From contig NC_043010.1 of the NCBI RefSeq assembly GCF_006345805.1, forward strand, positions 30,132,001 through 30,196,000: 64,000 nucleotides of DNA, read 5' to 3'. A model generated the notes under the pieces. The model was not told the origin of the DNA, did not search any database, and saw only the letters and a program-made list of their open reading frames with translations. The stretch comes from Octopus sinensis (lineage: Eukaryota). Positions 24,295 through 37,116 of the stretch are shown piece by piece. Numbering within the stretch: the first letter of the stretch is position 1; each line of letters begins with the position of its first letter. The position numbers were made by a program, and so were the translations under genes.

Positions 24295-27200
24295 ATGGCA
24301 AAACTTAGAATCGGTTGCTTGAATGTGAGAGGCCTCGGGTCACCTTGGAAACAGGGTCACCTGTTAAACGACCTGAGGTTTCATGATGTGGATGTAGCAG
24401 CCATCAGTGAAACCAGGCTCTCCGACCCGCAGGAACTCGCAGCCCTTTTCGGCGGATACGAGATATTTCTATCTCTGTGTCGGCCGGGAGCGGGCGGTGG
24501 TGGTACTGCGGTGTTGTTTCGGAAGGGCCTGGATTTGAAAATAAGGACAGTCTTCCTGGATCCGGAAGGTAAGTTGGTGGTCCTCGACGTAGACGGTAGT
24601 GACGGCGGTGCTTTCAGACTGCTGGCTGCCTACGCTCCAACAGGAGCAGGGCAGTCGGATTATTTCAAACGTCTGGAAGTTTTCCTGGGAACGTCACGCA
24701 CTCTAGTGCTAGTTGGGGATTGGAACGCTGTCTTAGACGAACGTTTCGATCGGGTGGGCAGGGGAGCGTCTGATAGGAGAGGAGGAGGGTGCAAGAGCCT
24801 CGCCAACCTACTCGGCCGCTTTCAGCTGTCCGACAGGTTTCGACTAGACAACCCGAATGTGCCAATGTGGACTTGGACCAATCGCATCGGGTCGTCTAGA
24901 TCGTACTTAGATAGAGTGTTTTGTAGGCCAGCGGATAAGGACAGCGTAGGGTGTCCACAATTCCACCTAGTCGACTATACGGACCACAAATTAGTGATCT
25001 GTACAGTCGACTTAGACAGGCTACATAGACAGGGACCCGGCTACTGGAAGCTGAACGCGTCATTAACGGCGTGCAAAGCTTACAGAGACCGGATTAGTTT
25101 ACTAGTTAAGCGGGCGCTCACGGGGGCAATCATCAACAACTGGTGGTTTGCCCTCAAGTGAGCAATTAAGTAGAGTCGATTAGGTTTAGTAAGACTCTAG
25201 CTATTGAAGAGAGAGCGGGATTTAGTTAAGAAACTAGACGAGGCTCTTGAGACTGGCATCGCGACCGACGTGTTGGCGGCAAGGTTGGCCCTTGACCAAC
25301 ACTTTGACGCCAAACACGAAGGCTGCGTTGTCAGAGCTAAGGCACGTTAGCTAAGCGGGGAGAGGACTAGAGCCGCTCGATGGGCCCGCGTGGCGGAGGC
25401 GAAGCGAGGCAACAAAGCAACCATTCGGTCTTTGGTGGACCAGAACGGGCGCGAAGTTACCGAACCGAAGCAGATGTGTACGGTGTTTCAGCGGCACTTT
25501 ACTCAACTGTTTGGGACGAGCGGTGGAACGCACAATGGTGCAGACTTCGGTGTGTACCTGGACGGCCTACCGCAACTCTCGGACAGCGAGGCAGAGTGCT
25601 GCGAAGGACCGATATCTGCCTGGGAAGTGGAGGAAGCGATGAAGAGTTGCACGAGAGGTAGATCGCCGGGTTTGGATGGTCTACACTACGAGCTTTATAC
25701 TTCAATGCCAGACTTGTTTGCGGGCCTGTTGGCAAACGTCTACTGCAACTGGCAGCAAAACGGGAGAATTCCTGCTTTTGTCTGTCGAGGGGTGGTGGCT
25801 TTGCTAAAAAAGGACCCAAACAAGGGGGACGTTATAGGAAATTTTCGGCCCATCACTCTGCTCAATGCAAAGTTGAAGATTTTGGCCAAGGTGCAGCCAA
25901 GAGATTGGCGCTTGTCGTGGACAAGCTGGTCGGCAAGACGCAGACATGCGCCGTGCCGATCAGGTCGATACACGACAACCTCCATCTCATGCGCTACATC
26001 ATAGAGAGGGTAGGTAACGACGCTGGCGCGGGTGGGGCTTTGATCAACTTAGATCAGAGTAAAGCCTTCGATAGGGTCGACTATCGGTACCTGGCAGCTG
26101 TTCTCAAGGCAGCCGGCTTCGGTCCAGTCTTCCGCGGGTGGATCGCTGCTTTATACAGCAACATCTGCTCGGTGATACGGGTGAACGGTCACCTTTCGGA
26201 ACCGTTCGACATCTCGCGTTCGGTCCGCCAAGGATGCCCTCTCTCCTCCCTCTTGTACATATTGACTCTCGAGCCATTACTGCGCAAGTTGGAGGCTTTG
26301 AGGAGTATCCCGCGCGATCTAGGAGGCGGAAACAGCGTGTCTGCCTATGCCGACGACGTCACCATGATGGTGTCGAGCCACAGGCACATTGGCCTGATTG
26401 GCGAGACACTAAACGAGTACGAAGCGGTGACAGGGGAAAAGATTAACGCGGAAAAGTCTGTGGGCTTGCAACTGAGCACCTGGAGAGGCAAGCCCATGCC
26501 GTCCAACAGCGTCGTAGGGCGCTGGATAGACGGACCCGTTAAACTGCTCGGAGTCTGGTTCGGTCCGGACCTCCAGGTGGATAAAAACTGGGAAGAGGTG
26601 ACGAGCAGGGTGGCACGTCTCACCCAGAAATGGGCCGAGAGGAAGCTGTCCCTAAAAGGTCGAGCGGAGGTGGCGAATGCGTACATCGCATCCGTCATCT
26701 ATTACCGCTTGACCGTCGTCCCTTGTCCCAACCGCTGGTTGGTCAAGCTGGTACGCCTGCTCTTCGACTTTTTGTGGAAGGGTCAGGTGCCACTGGTCAG
26801 GCGATCCATCTACTGTCAACGACCGCTGAACGGAAGCCTTGGAATGCCGTGGTTACTGATGCGCAGACATGCGCTCAGCCTGCGACATCTCAAGCGTTTC
26901 CTAGACGGTGATCAGGTGTGATCGTCTTTTGTCAGACGCGACTTTCCGCAGCTCATCTCTTTGACAGAGCTGCAGACCTGGATCAAACGTAGACCGAGAA
27001 AGGGCGCTTGGCACCTCGAGTGCCGTCAAGCTCTCTCCGCCCTCCGCCAGGCGGGCAATGCGATCGGTTTCAGCTCCACTCTAGCGTTCTATAGAGGGTT
27101 AGTGGAGGAAAAATGTGACGACGTTCTCGGGGAAACTCTAGGCGTTGATGATAACGAACTGAGCGGTCTGTTCGGGAGGACTTTCGGGCCGGGACCGATG

Positions 27201-27713
27201 GACAATTTCCAGAGGTCGCTCGCCTGGCAGTGCTACCGAGGGGCTCTGCCTGTTCGGGATAAACTCTACCGGCACGGAAGTGCCGTCAGCCGAGCCTGGC
27301 CGAGGTGTTGCCAGGACGACGAAACCGTTCTGCACGCACTTGTTCAGTGCCCGAGTATTGCTGAACTATGGGTTTATGTCGAACAGCTACTGTCACGTGT
27401 AGGACGGATCCGGCTATCGGCCGAATCCATAGTGAAGATTGCCCCGCCGACCTCCTTTAACAAGGAGGGCGAGGCCGTTTTCTTGTGCCTAGTGGCTGTG
27501 GCGAAAGAGGTTGTATGGTGGACCCGTTTGAAAGGGCTAAAGTCAGACACTTTCCTCTTTTGTCAAGGCCTCATCAACTTTTTCAAGTTTCACTTGAAAA
27601 GGAAGATGAGGTTAGAGAGGAGAGTGCTGTCCGATAGCAAATTTTCTGAAAGGTGGGTGAATTGTGCGAGAATGGCCAGTATAAATGGACCAGTTCTCAG
27701 GTTTCGCCTGTGA
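24295..27713 (+). pseudogene. Tx1 ORF2: AP-endonuclease + reverse transcriptase + C-terminal zinc-knuckle-like region, broken by stops and frameshifts
   Basis: LNVRGL, ISET, VGDWNA, SYLDRVF, DHK (APE); RPITLLN, LDQSKAFDRV, RQGCPLS, YADDVT (RT); in-frame TGA at 25159 and 26919. Confidence 0.93.
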
Positions 27714-28014
27714 TTCAAAAAGGTATTATAAAAGGAGAAAGGGGCTCTCTACCCCACTTTTGACCAAGCTCCCGTTGGCTTTTATGGGGTTTTTCCACCA
27801 GGAACCTTTCGAAGCGCCTCCCCCTATTGGGAGTTTTTAATTGTTACAATCTTTCGTTGTTAAACTGTTTTTACACGATTTTTTCACAAACGGACAAAAC
27901 CCTTTGTCCTGTTTTGTCCCTTTATGTTTTCTAATCATGTGTGTCAGCCCTTGTGGCCAATAAAAAGAATTTATTATTATTATTATTTTATTATTATTAT
28001 TATTATTATTATTA

Positions 28015-28057
<43 letters not shown>

Positions 28058-28335
28058 TTATTATTATTATTATTATTACTATTATTATTTCTTTTTCAGT
28101 GTCATGTCAGAGGACTTGTGAAAAGTGTGGGTGTAGTATACATTTTTCTTTTTCTTTTCACTGTTGTTAGTTGGGTTAATACGAACAAAGTGCATTGTGA
28201 TATTTGCTGTTCATTTAAGAACAGCCTTTAAGTTATTCCTCTCTTATGTCTGTTATTATTTTATGTACACCCACACATACATGCGCGTGTGTGTGAAAAT
28301 ATGTATATATATATATATGTATGTATGTATATATG

Positions 28336-28374
<39 letters not shown>

Positions 28375-28499
28375 GCATATATAACAAATTAAAAAGTGTG
28401 GCTTATTAGCAATTAGAACCTAATAGTAAAATTAATAAAGGTCACAAAAGTGACAGTGTATTGACTAGCACGCTTTTGCTAAAGATAAGCTAAATACAA

Positions 28500-28544
<45 letters not shown>

Positions 28545-28664
28545 CAACAATATTAACGAATGGCCTTGATAGGCCATTCGACCCACTAGAAAGAGCAGCT
28601 AAACTCAAACCGCTAAATAGTTGTAATTCAGAAACCAATGGAAAATAAAAACATTTACCCTTAT

Positions 28665-28766
28665 CTTCTTTGGACTATGCATAGTTTCGACATACATATT
28701 GGCAAACCGATTTAATTAAATTAAATTAAATCTATTTGCCACTGGCCTGTCTCGTCAGCAAAGAAG
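28665..28766 (-). ncRNA. Type I hammerhead ribozyme motif with extended stem II
   Basis: cuucuuug CUGACGA gaca..uggcaaa..gauuuaauu/aauuaaauc..uuugcca..uguc GAAAC uaugcaua GUC caaagaag. Confidence 0.88.
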
Positions 28767-28996
28767 CCAGGGAAATATATATTTTCTTACTGGACCGCTG
28801 GTGGCGAAAAATTTCTCTTGAATTTTTTGCTACCCTGATATTGATTAATTAATGATTTTTTGGCTAATTCTGAAATTAAATCAGCAGTTTATATTTGCTG
28901 CTGAGAAGTTGGCGCAGTGACGGTAGATTTTGAAAATTTAGAATATATATTCTCGAGGCGTCGATGCTGTAGCCTCGTGGATATATATTTCCCTGG

Positions 28997-29103
28997 CTTC
29001 TTTGCTGACGAGACAAATAGATTTAAACGTGGCAAATAGATTTAATTTAATTTAATTAAATCGATTTGCCAATATGTATGTCGAAACTATGCATAGTCCA
29101 AAG
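28997..29103 (+). ncRNA. Type I hammerhead ribozyme motif with extended stem II
   Basis: cttctttg CTGACGA gaca...tgtc GAAAC tatgcata GTC caaag. Confidence 0.85.
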
Positions 29104-29323
29104 ATGATAAGGGTAAATGTTTTTATTTTCCTTTGGTTTCTGAATTACAACTATTTAGCGGTTTGAATTTAGCTGCTCTTTCTAGTGGGTCGAATGGCCT
29201 ATCAAGGCCATTCCTTAATATTGTTGAATGTATATTATATAGTCTGTTGACTATTTTTTCTTTCTCACTGGACCGCTGGTGGCGAAAAACTTCTCTTGAA
29301 TTTTTGCTACCCTGATATTGATT

Positions 29324-29375
<52 letters not shown>

Positions 29376-29464
29376 TATATATATATAAATAAATATATAT
29401 ATAAATAAATATATATATATTATATATATATACATATATACATATATATATATATACATATATA

Positions 29465-29523
<59 letters not shown>

Positions 29524-30330
29524 CTAGCAGAGATACCCGGCGTTGCTCGGGATTAAAATGGCATAGTTTGTATATAATATATTACCGTTATGGTGAAACA
29601 GGTGATATGGGAAAGTGCAGCATTGACAACAAAACATTTGTGGAGTAAATGATAGGCTAATTCGACTGAGAAACAGGTTATGCGTCCGTTTGGAGTATTT
29701 CAGGCCCCAATATGTGGGGGTTATGTGATTTTTGAACGCACCGAAAAGCTGTCAGTGGATACACTCTCATTTGGAGCAGTTGGTGCTGTGTCTAATACGA
29801 CCCATCATCTGAAATTTTGACACCTCCTTCGGGTTTGTTGTCCTACATCACTCATAAAATAAATTTGGAGGAACTGTTGTTGTTCATTTGTAGGTAACAG
29901 GGAACCAATGAGGTGATAAACTTGCCCTTGAACTTTGACGTCGTCGTAAATTCATGTTTATCTTCTTAGATGCACCAAACGATGTCATTTGCAGAGTTGT
30001 ATTGTCTGATCTTGTTCAGAAAATCCTTCGACTGGATGGAAAGGCCTTCTAGAAGATCCATAAGAGGTTGAGAAGGAGCTGGTAGTGCTGACAATGTTAC
30101 CTGACCGCCTGAGCAGCACATACCATCTGTTTCATTTGAAAATTTTGAAGTTCGACAGAAAAGACAATTTGTGTTTAGCACACCAATTTGGACAGAGTTA
30201 TTATTTTTATAAGAATGGGGTGGATCATATCTGAAAACAGCTTCAGGAGTTGTGAAGAACGAATTTGTTCGTAGATTGTTTCTGAGAGCTATTCTATTGG
30301 ACCTCTGTCTAATCATTAAAACATTGGTTT
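29524..30330 (-). mobile_element. Helitron remnant: RepHel N-terminal fragment and canonical 3' end
   Basis: CLFCRTSKFSNETDGMCCSGGQV..FLNKIRQYNS; minus-strand terminus cccgagcaacgccggg hairpin + CTAG followed by T. Confidence 0.75.
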
Positions 30331-30964
30331 AATGATCCAGCATTAAGTGCTGCAACATGCATTTGTTGATCTTGAGAAAATCTCACCTAGTTTCTCTCGT
30401 CAGACTCTCTGCTTCGGTTTTCTACAATCTTCTTTGCTTTATACTTTCTGGAGAGATTACGTCTTTTCTTTGGGGGTATATTTTTTCCAATAGTGTAAAT
30501 AAAAAAATTATGAACATAGAAAGAAATCCTACATTAATCCTTATTTTTCTAAGCAGTTCTACCCGTAAACATTTATTTGAAGAGAGCAGAAATTGAAAGA
30601 AGAGAAAGCGAAAAGAACAGAGGAAGAAAGTGAAAGATGTATGTACGTCTATATAGACGTGTGTGTATGTGTGTGCGTGGGCGTGTGTATGTGAGAGAGA
30701 AAGAGGGTGAGAAAGAGAGATAGAGTGAGTGAGTGAAGGTGCGTGTCGTGATGATTGATGTCTTTTAAGGTACACACACATATAGAAAATGTTACGTCAT
30801 CGTATAAAATGTTTACGATAGTTGATTTATGGAAAAGATTACGTAAAAATTTTTGAAATGCAAATATGTGAATGGAAATTAAGTTTAATTTGTAGCCAAA
30901 ATAGTACTGAAGTTTTTGATACCCCATAGATCAAAATCTGTAACTCGGTTTTGGAATTTTGGAA

Positions 30965-31371
30965 TGCGTAAGGAATATATGGATGGAAGCACTCTGTCGG
31001 TTACGACGATGAGGGTTCCGGTTGATCCGAATCAACGGAACAGCCTGCTCGTGAAATTAACGTGTAAGTGGCTGAGCACTCCACAGACACGTGCACCCTT
31101 AACGTAGTTCCTGGGGATATTCACCGTGACACAGAGAGTGACAAGGCCGGCCCCTTGAAATACAGGTACAACAGAAACAGGAAGTAAGAGTGAGAGAAAG
31201 TTGTGGTGAAAGAGTACAGCAGGGATCACCACCATCGCCTGTCGGAGCCTCGTGGAGCTTTTAGGTGTTTTCGGTCAATAAACACTCACAACGCCCGGTC
31301 TGGGAATCGAAACTGCGATCCTATGACCGCGAGTTCGCTGCCCTAACCACTAGGCCATTGCGCCTCCACTT
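30965..31371 (-). mobile_element. tRNA-derived SINE (second family)
   Basis: Head gtggaggcgcaatggcctagtggttagggcagcg..gtttcgattcccagaccggg on the minus strand. Confidence 0.8.
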
Positions 31372-31402
31372 AAGGATATATATATATATATATATCTATA
31401 TA

Positions 31403-31518
<116 letters not shown>

Positions 31519-32039
31519 ATATATATATGACAGTATCTCAGATTACAATAGAGACGTAAAACTGAAATAGTGTAAGAGATAAAGGTTCGCATTAGGCAAG
31601 AAGTTGAAAATTTTTGGGGCGCATGGCACTGCATGGACCTTGGCTTTTGTATTTGACGCCTGTTGCTTTAAGTATTTTATTTCGATTTTATGTATATATG
31701 TATATATGAGTCAATGACCTCTACATGGTAGTTAGACCTGGTAGAAATAGCAGCCAAATCTCCCTCAAAATCCCTACTGTCTTAATCTGACAATTCTGCC
31801 TATTATTTAGTTTGAATGAGAAACTGCAATTAGAGATTAAGATTATTAAGCCCAAAATTTTACGCGTTTTAATTGCAATCAGTTTTTTTCTCTTTTTTGG
31901 TTTCCTCGTAGATTTTCATGTCAGATGTAAAGGTGAAGAGAGTTAACATGGATGGCGTTAAGTAGTGGAGATGTTTGGTGATTGTATATGGTGGTTACTT
32001 TTGACTGTTTCTTCTCAATAAGGATAATTGATTAATAAC

Positions 32040-32385
32040 GAATTTTAACACAATATATATATACTACAACTTCAAGTCGAATTGGACGTCATAAGAGAGA
32101 CAACGTAGCGACGGTTTTGGCTGGCTGACTGTCATCCTGTCCTCTCCTTGTTGCTAGCGAAATGGCATGTGCCGGCTGTCTGAGCAACTGGTTGCTTTTT
32201 AAAGGCAGAACAAACAGCGATTCGCACTTTGAAACTAACAATTTTGAAAACCATTTTAAATTACGGAACGCCGCTCTTTCTCATGTATCTAGGTTTAAAA
32301 TTTCAGCCCGATCAGATGAACAATACTCGAGTTATAAGCGCACAAACAAACAGACAGACAGAACGGATTTTATATATTAAGACAT
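32040..32385 (+). mobile_element. Possible Helentron/HINE-like non-autonomous element
   Basis: Terminal acaaacaaacagacagacag...ttttatatattaag style; resemblance only. Confidence 0.3.
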
Positions 32386-32412
32386 GTATATATATGTGTG
32401 TGTGTGTATATA

Positions 32413-32462
<50 letters not shown>

Positions 32463-32494
32463 CACATACATATGTATATATATGTATGTATGTA

Positions 32495-32564
<70 letters not shown>

Positions 32565-32624
32565 GTATGTATATATATGCATATATACATATGTATATAA
32601 CCATGTATATATAGACATGTAATA

Positions 32625-32955
32625 CTCTTTTACACGTTTCAGTCATTTGACTGCGGCAATGCTGGAGCACCAACCTTAGTCGAAGAAATCGACCCCAGGA
32701 CTTATTCTTTGTAAGCCTAGTACTTATTCTATCGGTCTCTTTTGCCTTAACTGCTAGGTTTCCAGGACGTAAACACACCAACATCGATTGTCAAGCGATG
32801 GTGGGGGACAAACACAGATACAAAGACACACACACATATATGTATATATATAAATACACGACGGGCTTTCAGTTTCAGTCTATCACATCTACTCACAAGT
32901 CTTTGGTCGACCCGAAGCAATAGTAGAAGACAATTGCCCAAAGTGCCACGCATAT
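32625..32955 (-). mobile_element. tRNA-SINE (family of 1517 and 6910), head truncated
   Basis: Homologous to 6910-7240. Confidence 0.8.
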
Positions 32956-33089
32956 GTATATATGTATGTTTTCTTTTGTATGTGTGTGTGTGAGTGTATG
33001 TGTCTCTATGTTTATGTGTATGTGTTTGCGATGTTTTATTTTTGTGTATGTGTGTGTGTGTTTACGTTTATGTGTGTGTGCTGGCATAT

Positions 33090-34560
33090 ATGAATAGTCG
33101 AAAAAAGATTTAGGAAATGACGGGAAGTATTTTCAAAATGATATTAATATGCATAAAATTGTTTTTAAGTGTCTGTTCTTCTTTATTAGTTGTGGTTCGG
33201 TCTATGTTTAATCGTAGTTTATACTTGTTGATAAATTGCCTTTCTTTATTTCAGTCTTTTTTGCTGTTAGAAAGAATCCGAGCAGTTGTAGAGGGAAAAT
33301 ATTTTGAAATTTGTTAAGCCCATTCCTGCACAGGCTGCAATGCGACTGTTTAAATGAATTTCCCTTATACTTTTGTCTCGGATCTTTTGCTGATGTGTCG
33401 TCATTCTGTTGCGTAACGATCCGCCCATCTGACCAATGTAATTATATTGAATGTGATTACGTAGATTTGGGTTTTCCGTGTTGCAGGTTTGCCCATCTTT
33501 GAATTGAAATTTTGACCCCTCAATTAGTTGACGGTAAGTGCCGCAGTTTGTTCTCCCGCATTTTGCGACCTTTGGGTTGGTGGTTTCTTTATGCATGTTG
33601 CTCCAGTGAGAATGTGTTTTAATGTTTTGGGCTGCCTTTTGCTTTTGATGATTTGTTGTTTTTCTAAAATTCTTCTCATTTTTTCATCTTCATATAAAAT
33701 GGAGATGTTTTTGTGGATGTGATCAAATATTTCGGTGTTTCTGGGATTGAAGTTTGACACGAATGGTAAGACATTTTCCTTCTCTTGTTGTTTTCCTAAG
33801 TTCATTGATATCCATTTGTTTCGCCTTGTATATTCCGTCGGTGATATGTATGTCCTTTTGGATAAGTGTGCCCTTCAGTTCCTCTAGTCTTTGTTCACGT
33901 TTAGATGGTTCAGATACTATGGTATAAAGTCATTTCGCCCGGTTGAAGGGAATGTTGAGTTTGCTGTGTTTCGGGTGACATGATGTTAAAAGAAGGTTCT
34001 GATTGGAGTCAGTGGGTTTGTAGAATATATCCGTTTCTATTTTCCCATCTTGGTTTTTGATTGGGATATCCAGAAAGACAAATTAATTGGGGTTAAACTC
34101 TATTGTAAATTGGATGTTATTGTTGAGGTTGTTTATCATGCTTTTGAATTCAGTTAACTTGTCAATAATTTCCTGCCATAAAATAAAGCAATCATCCAGG
34201 TATCTTTTCCAATTGCTTTTGAGTTGTCCATGGAATGTGTCACCAATTATTAGGAGTGCTTGTTTGTAGATTTTTTATTCGTAGAATCCCATGACTAAGT
34301 TGGCGTATGTGGGGGCTACTTTTGTACCAATCACTGTTCCTGATGTTTTCTATTATTTTTTACTTTTTGTAGTGGGTTGCTTTTTCATAGTAGTTGTTGT
34401 CCTCTAGCATTGTGAGTGCTAGGTTTTTATAGTAATTTATGTCTATGGTGACGCTAGTGATTTCTTTATCAGCTTCTTTGACAGTGAGATCCGTATTTTC
34501 TTGTAAGACCAGTAGGTTTTTCTATTCATGCTTTGTAAAGTTTGATTTAATGTTTCTATG
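33090..34560 (-). pseudogene. Penelope/Poseidon-type PLE RT + GIY-YIG fragment, decayed
   Basis: GTKVAPTYANL, RYLDDCFILW, DIFYKPTDSNQ, NIPFNRAK, LPFVSNFNP, YNYIGQ..LRNRMTTH. Confidence 0.85.
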
Positions 34561-34725
34561 TTCAAAGTTAAGTCCAATTTCACCTGCCACACGAAAAACC
34601 TGATCTTCGTAATCACATGCAATGGTGGCCAACATAATTACATAGGTCAGACGAGTGGATCGTTACGAAACAGAATGACGACCCATCACCAACAGATCCG
34701 AGACAAAAGCACAATGCAATTTATC
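34558..34725 (+). pseudogene. Inverted GIY-YIG fragment of the same PLE type
   Basis: FKVKSNFTCHTKNLIFVITCNGGQHNYIGQTSGSLRNRMTTHHQQIRDK. Confidence 0.8.
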
Positions 34726-35435
34726 AGCAAGTATAAAACAATTAAATATAGAGCCAACCACAACGAATCACTTAACAACAATTTTATACATATTATCATT
34801 TCGAAAAATACTTCCCATCATTTCCTAAATCTTTTTTCCAATATTCATATATGCCAGTACATACACACACAAACACGCACACACACAACCATACACACAA
34901 AAAAGAAAGCATCACAAAAACACACACACTTACGCACAAACACAGCCGCAAATACACACACACACTCACGCACATATCCAAACAGGTGGAGACATTTAAC
35001 CTAAAGAAAAATTTAATTCTTTCTTCAACAAGACATTCTTCTCAACATACCCATCAATTCACAGCTGATCACTCCCAAAACATATTGAAAGGACATTCAA
35101 CACACTACACACACACAGAGGAGGACCTAAAACCCATTCAATAGATGTTTTAAGCCACACCCTTGACAGGAAGACACAAAGATCTCTCTTAGACTATAGA
35201 CACCTCCTCTCACTCTCTAACTCTCACTTCTTTGTACCAAACTATATTTACAGAAGACGTCAACGAAAAATCTCCAGACATGTTCTTGACACCCAGACAG
35301 AAAATGAACTGTTTTCCCTTCAAATTTTTATAGATTTGTATAGATCTCTAATCTTTTTTCAACTATATATAATATATATATATATATAATATATATATAT
35401 ATTATATATATATATAATATATATATATATTATAT

Positions 35436-35477
<42 letters not shown>

Positions 35478-35490
35478 CATATATACACAC

Positions 35491-35613
<123 letters not shown>

Positions 35614-36562
35614 GAAATTAAAAAAGGGAAATACGCACATTTACATAGTTTTAATATAATTTTTAATATATCGACCGGTTTTGCTATCGCTATTCATGGT
35701 ATTATGTTTTACTTACTTGAATATATATTTTTTCTTAAGAAGAAATTTGGTCCAAGGAAAGTGGTGTGTAGAAGTGGTAGAAATGCTTCCAGTCCGTGGT
35801 ATGTAAATTCCAATAGGAGTTCATATTTTGTCATCACAAATGGAAAGTGTGGAGACGTAGATTCCATATGCTATTCATTCAAAGGGGTCTTGTGTTATGA
35901 ATGAAAATTTGAGAATGTAGTGATAGTATTAAGTGGATTGAGGGGGGAGAAGAGATGTGTATGTTAAAATGAAGAGGTCAAAGTAAAATGTGAGGAATAA
36001 GGAAAGAAAAAGGAAGAGAAAATGAAAACAAGAAGAGAAATGAAAAAAGTTTAAGGAAGTGAAAAAAGAATAAAGTGATAAAATGAAAAACGGAGAGTTA
36101 GTTGGTGGTCAAGATATTAAGAGGTGGGATGGGAGAGTAGGGGAGGAGTAGTAAGAGATAAGAATGTAAGTAATGAATATGTGTGAGGTGTGTGAGGTGG
36201 TGTGATATGTTAGAATGGTATTAAGGGATGGGTACAGAAAAAGGTATAGGAGGGAGGTCTTTCTAAACAGCAAAACGAAAGAGAAGGATATTAAGAATGG
36301 TCAAGTTTCTATAAATAGACTTACGTGTTTATTCTACTGGCTAATGTGATAGTGTTGGTAGATGAATGAGAGAGAAAGAAAGAAAGAAAGAAGTGTATAT
36401 TGATATACGCACACATTTTTTATCTCCTTGTTTTTTTTCTTTGTCCCTTTCTGTAGAAGAGCGTAGGCTCAAAACGTAAAAGACTGTTTCTATTCCTGAG
36501 CGTTATACGAATACATCTGTTTGTTTTGTACACCACCCGTCTTCGTCTTTTGTTTTTTTCGT

Positions 36563-36634
<72 letters not shown>

Positions 36635-36944
36635 AACACACATACACATGCTGCATATACACGCATATACATATACATACGCACATACATCCGCATACGT
36701 ACGCGTATGCATGCCCATATGAGTAGTATTACACTATTAAAATAAAATTGGAGAGTTAAAAAATTAATAGAAAAATCAAATAGGGTTGTTGGGGATTACT
36801 TAAGGTGGTGTTCGGGATAGGTGCTTTGTGGTTATTTAGGTTGCATTTAGATTTGTGGTAAAATTTGAAGGTATGGAAAAAGCGGTAGTTGCATGTATTA
36901 TTGAAGAGCTGTGTTTTAATATGTGGAATGCCTAAGGCAGAAAC

Positions 36945-37065
36945 GATAGCACGTTGAATAAGGGGAAATTACTCCAATAGGAATAGTGAAAGTAATACTT
37001 CATTCATAGAATCCGCATATGCACACATATACACACACACATATACATACGCACACATACACATG

Positions 37066-37116
<51 letters not shown>

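Larger units (their letters stand above)
22300..27965 (+). mobile_element. Full-length Tx1/L1-clade non-LTR retrotransposon (ORF1+ORF2), inactivated
   Basis: ORF1 with CCHC; APE, RT and C-terminal Cys motif in ORF2; aataaa then (TAT)n tail. Confidence 0.92.
28545..29325. repeat. Head-to-head inverted pair of pseudo-LTR-like units, each with a hammerhead
   Basis: 28545-28790 mirrors about 28975-29225; a 60-bp segment at 28791-28850 is also directly repeated at 29270-29325. Confidence 0.85.

Noticed and set aside
25159-26921. In-frame TGA codons in Tx1 ORF2 as programmed readthrough
   Set aside because: They fit ordinary CGA-to-TGA and TGG-to-TGA decay, and frameshifts are also present
36445-36485. 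HHR-like gaagagcgtaggctcaaaacgta
   Set aside because: Both core strands deviate (no CUGA; AAAA instead of GAAA)
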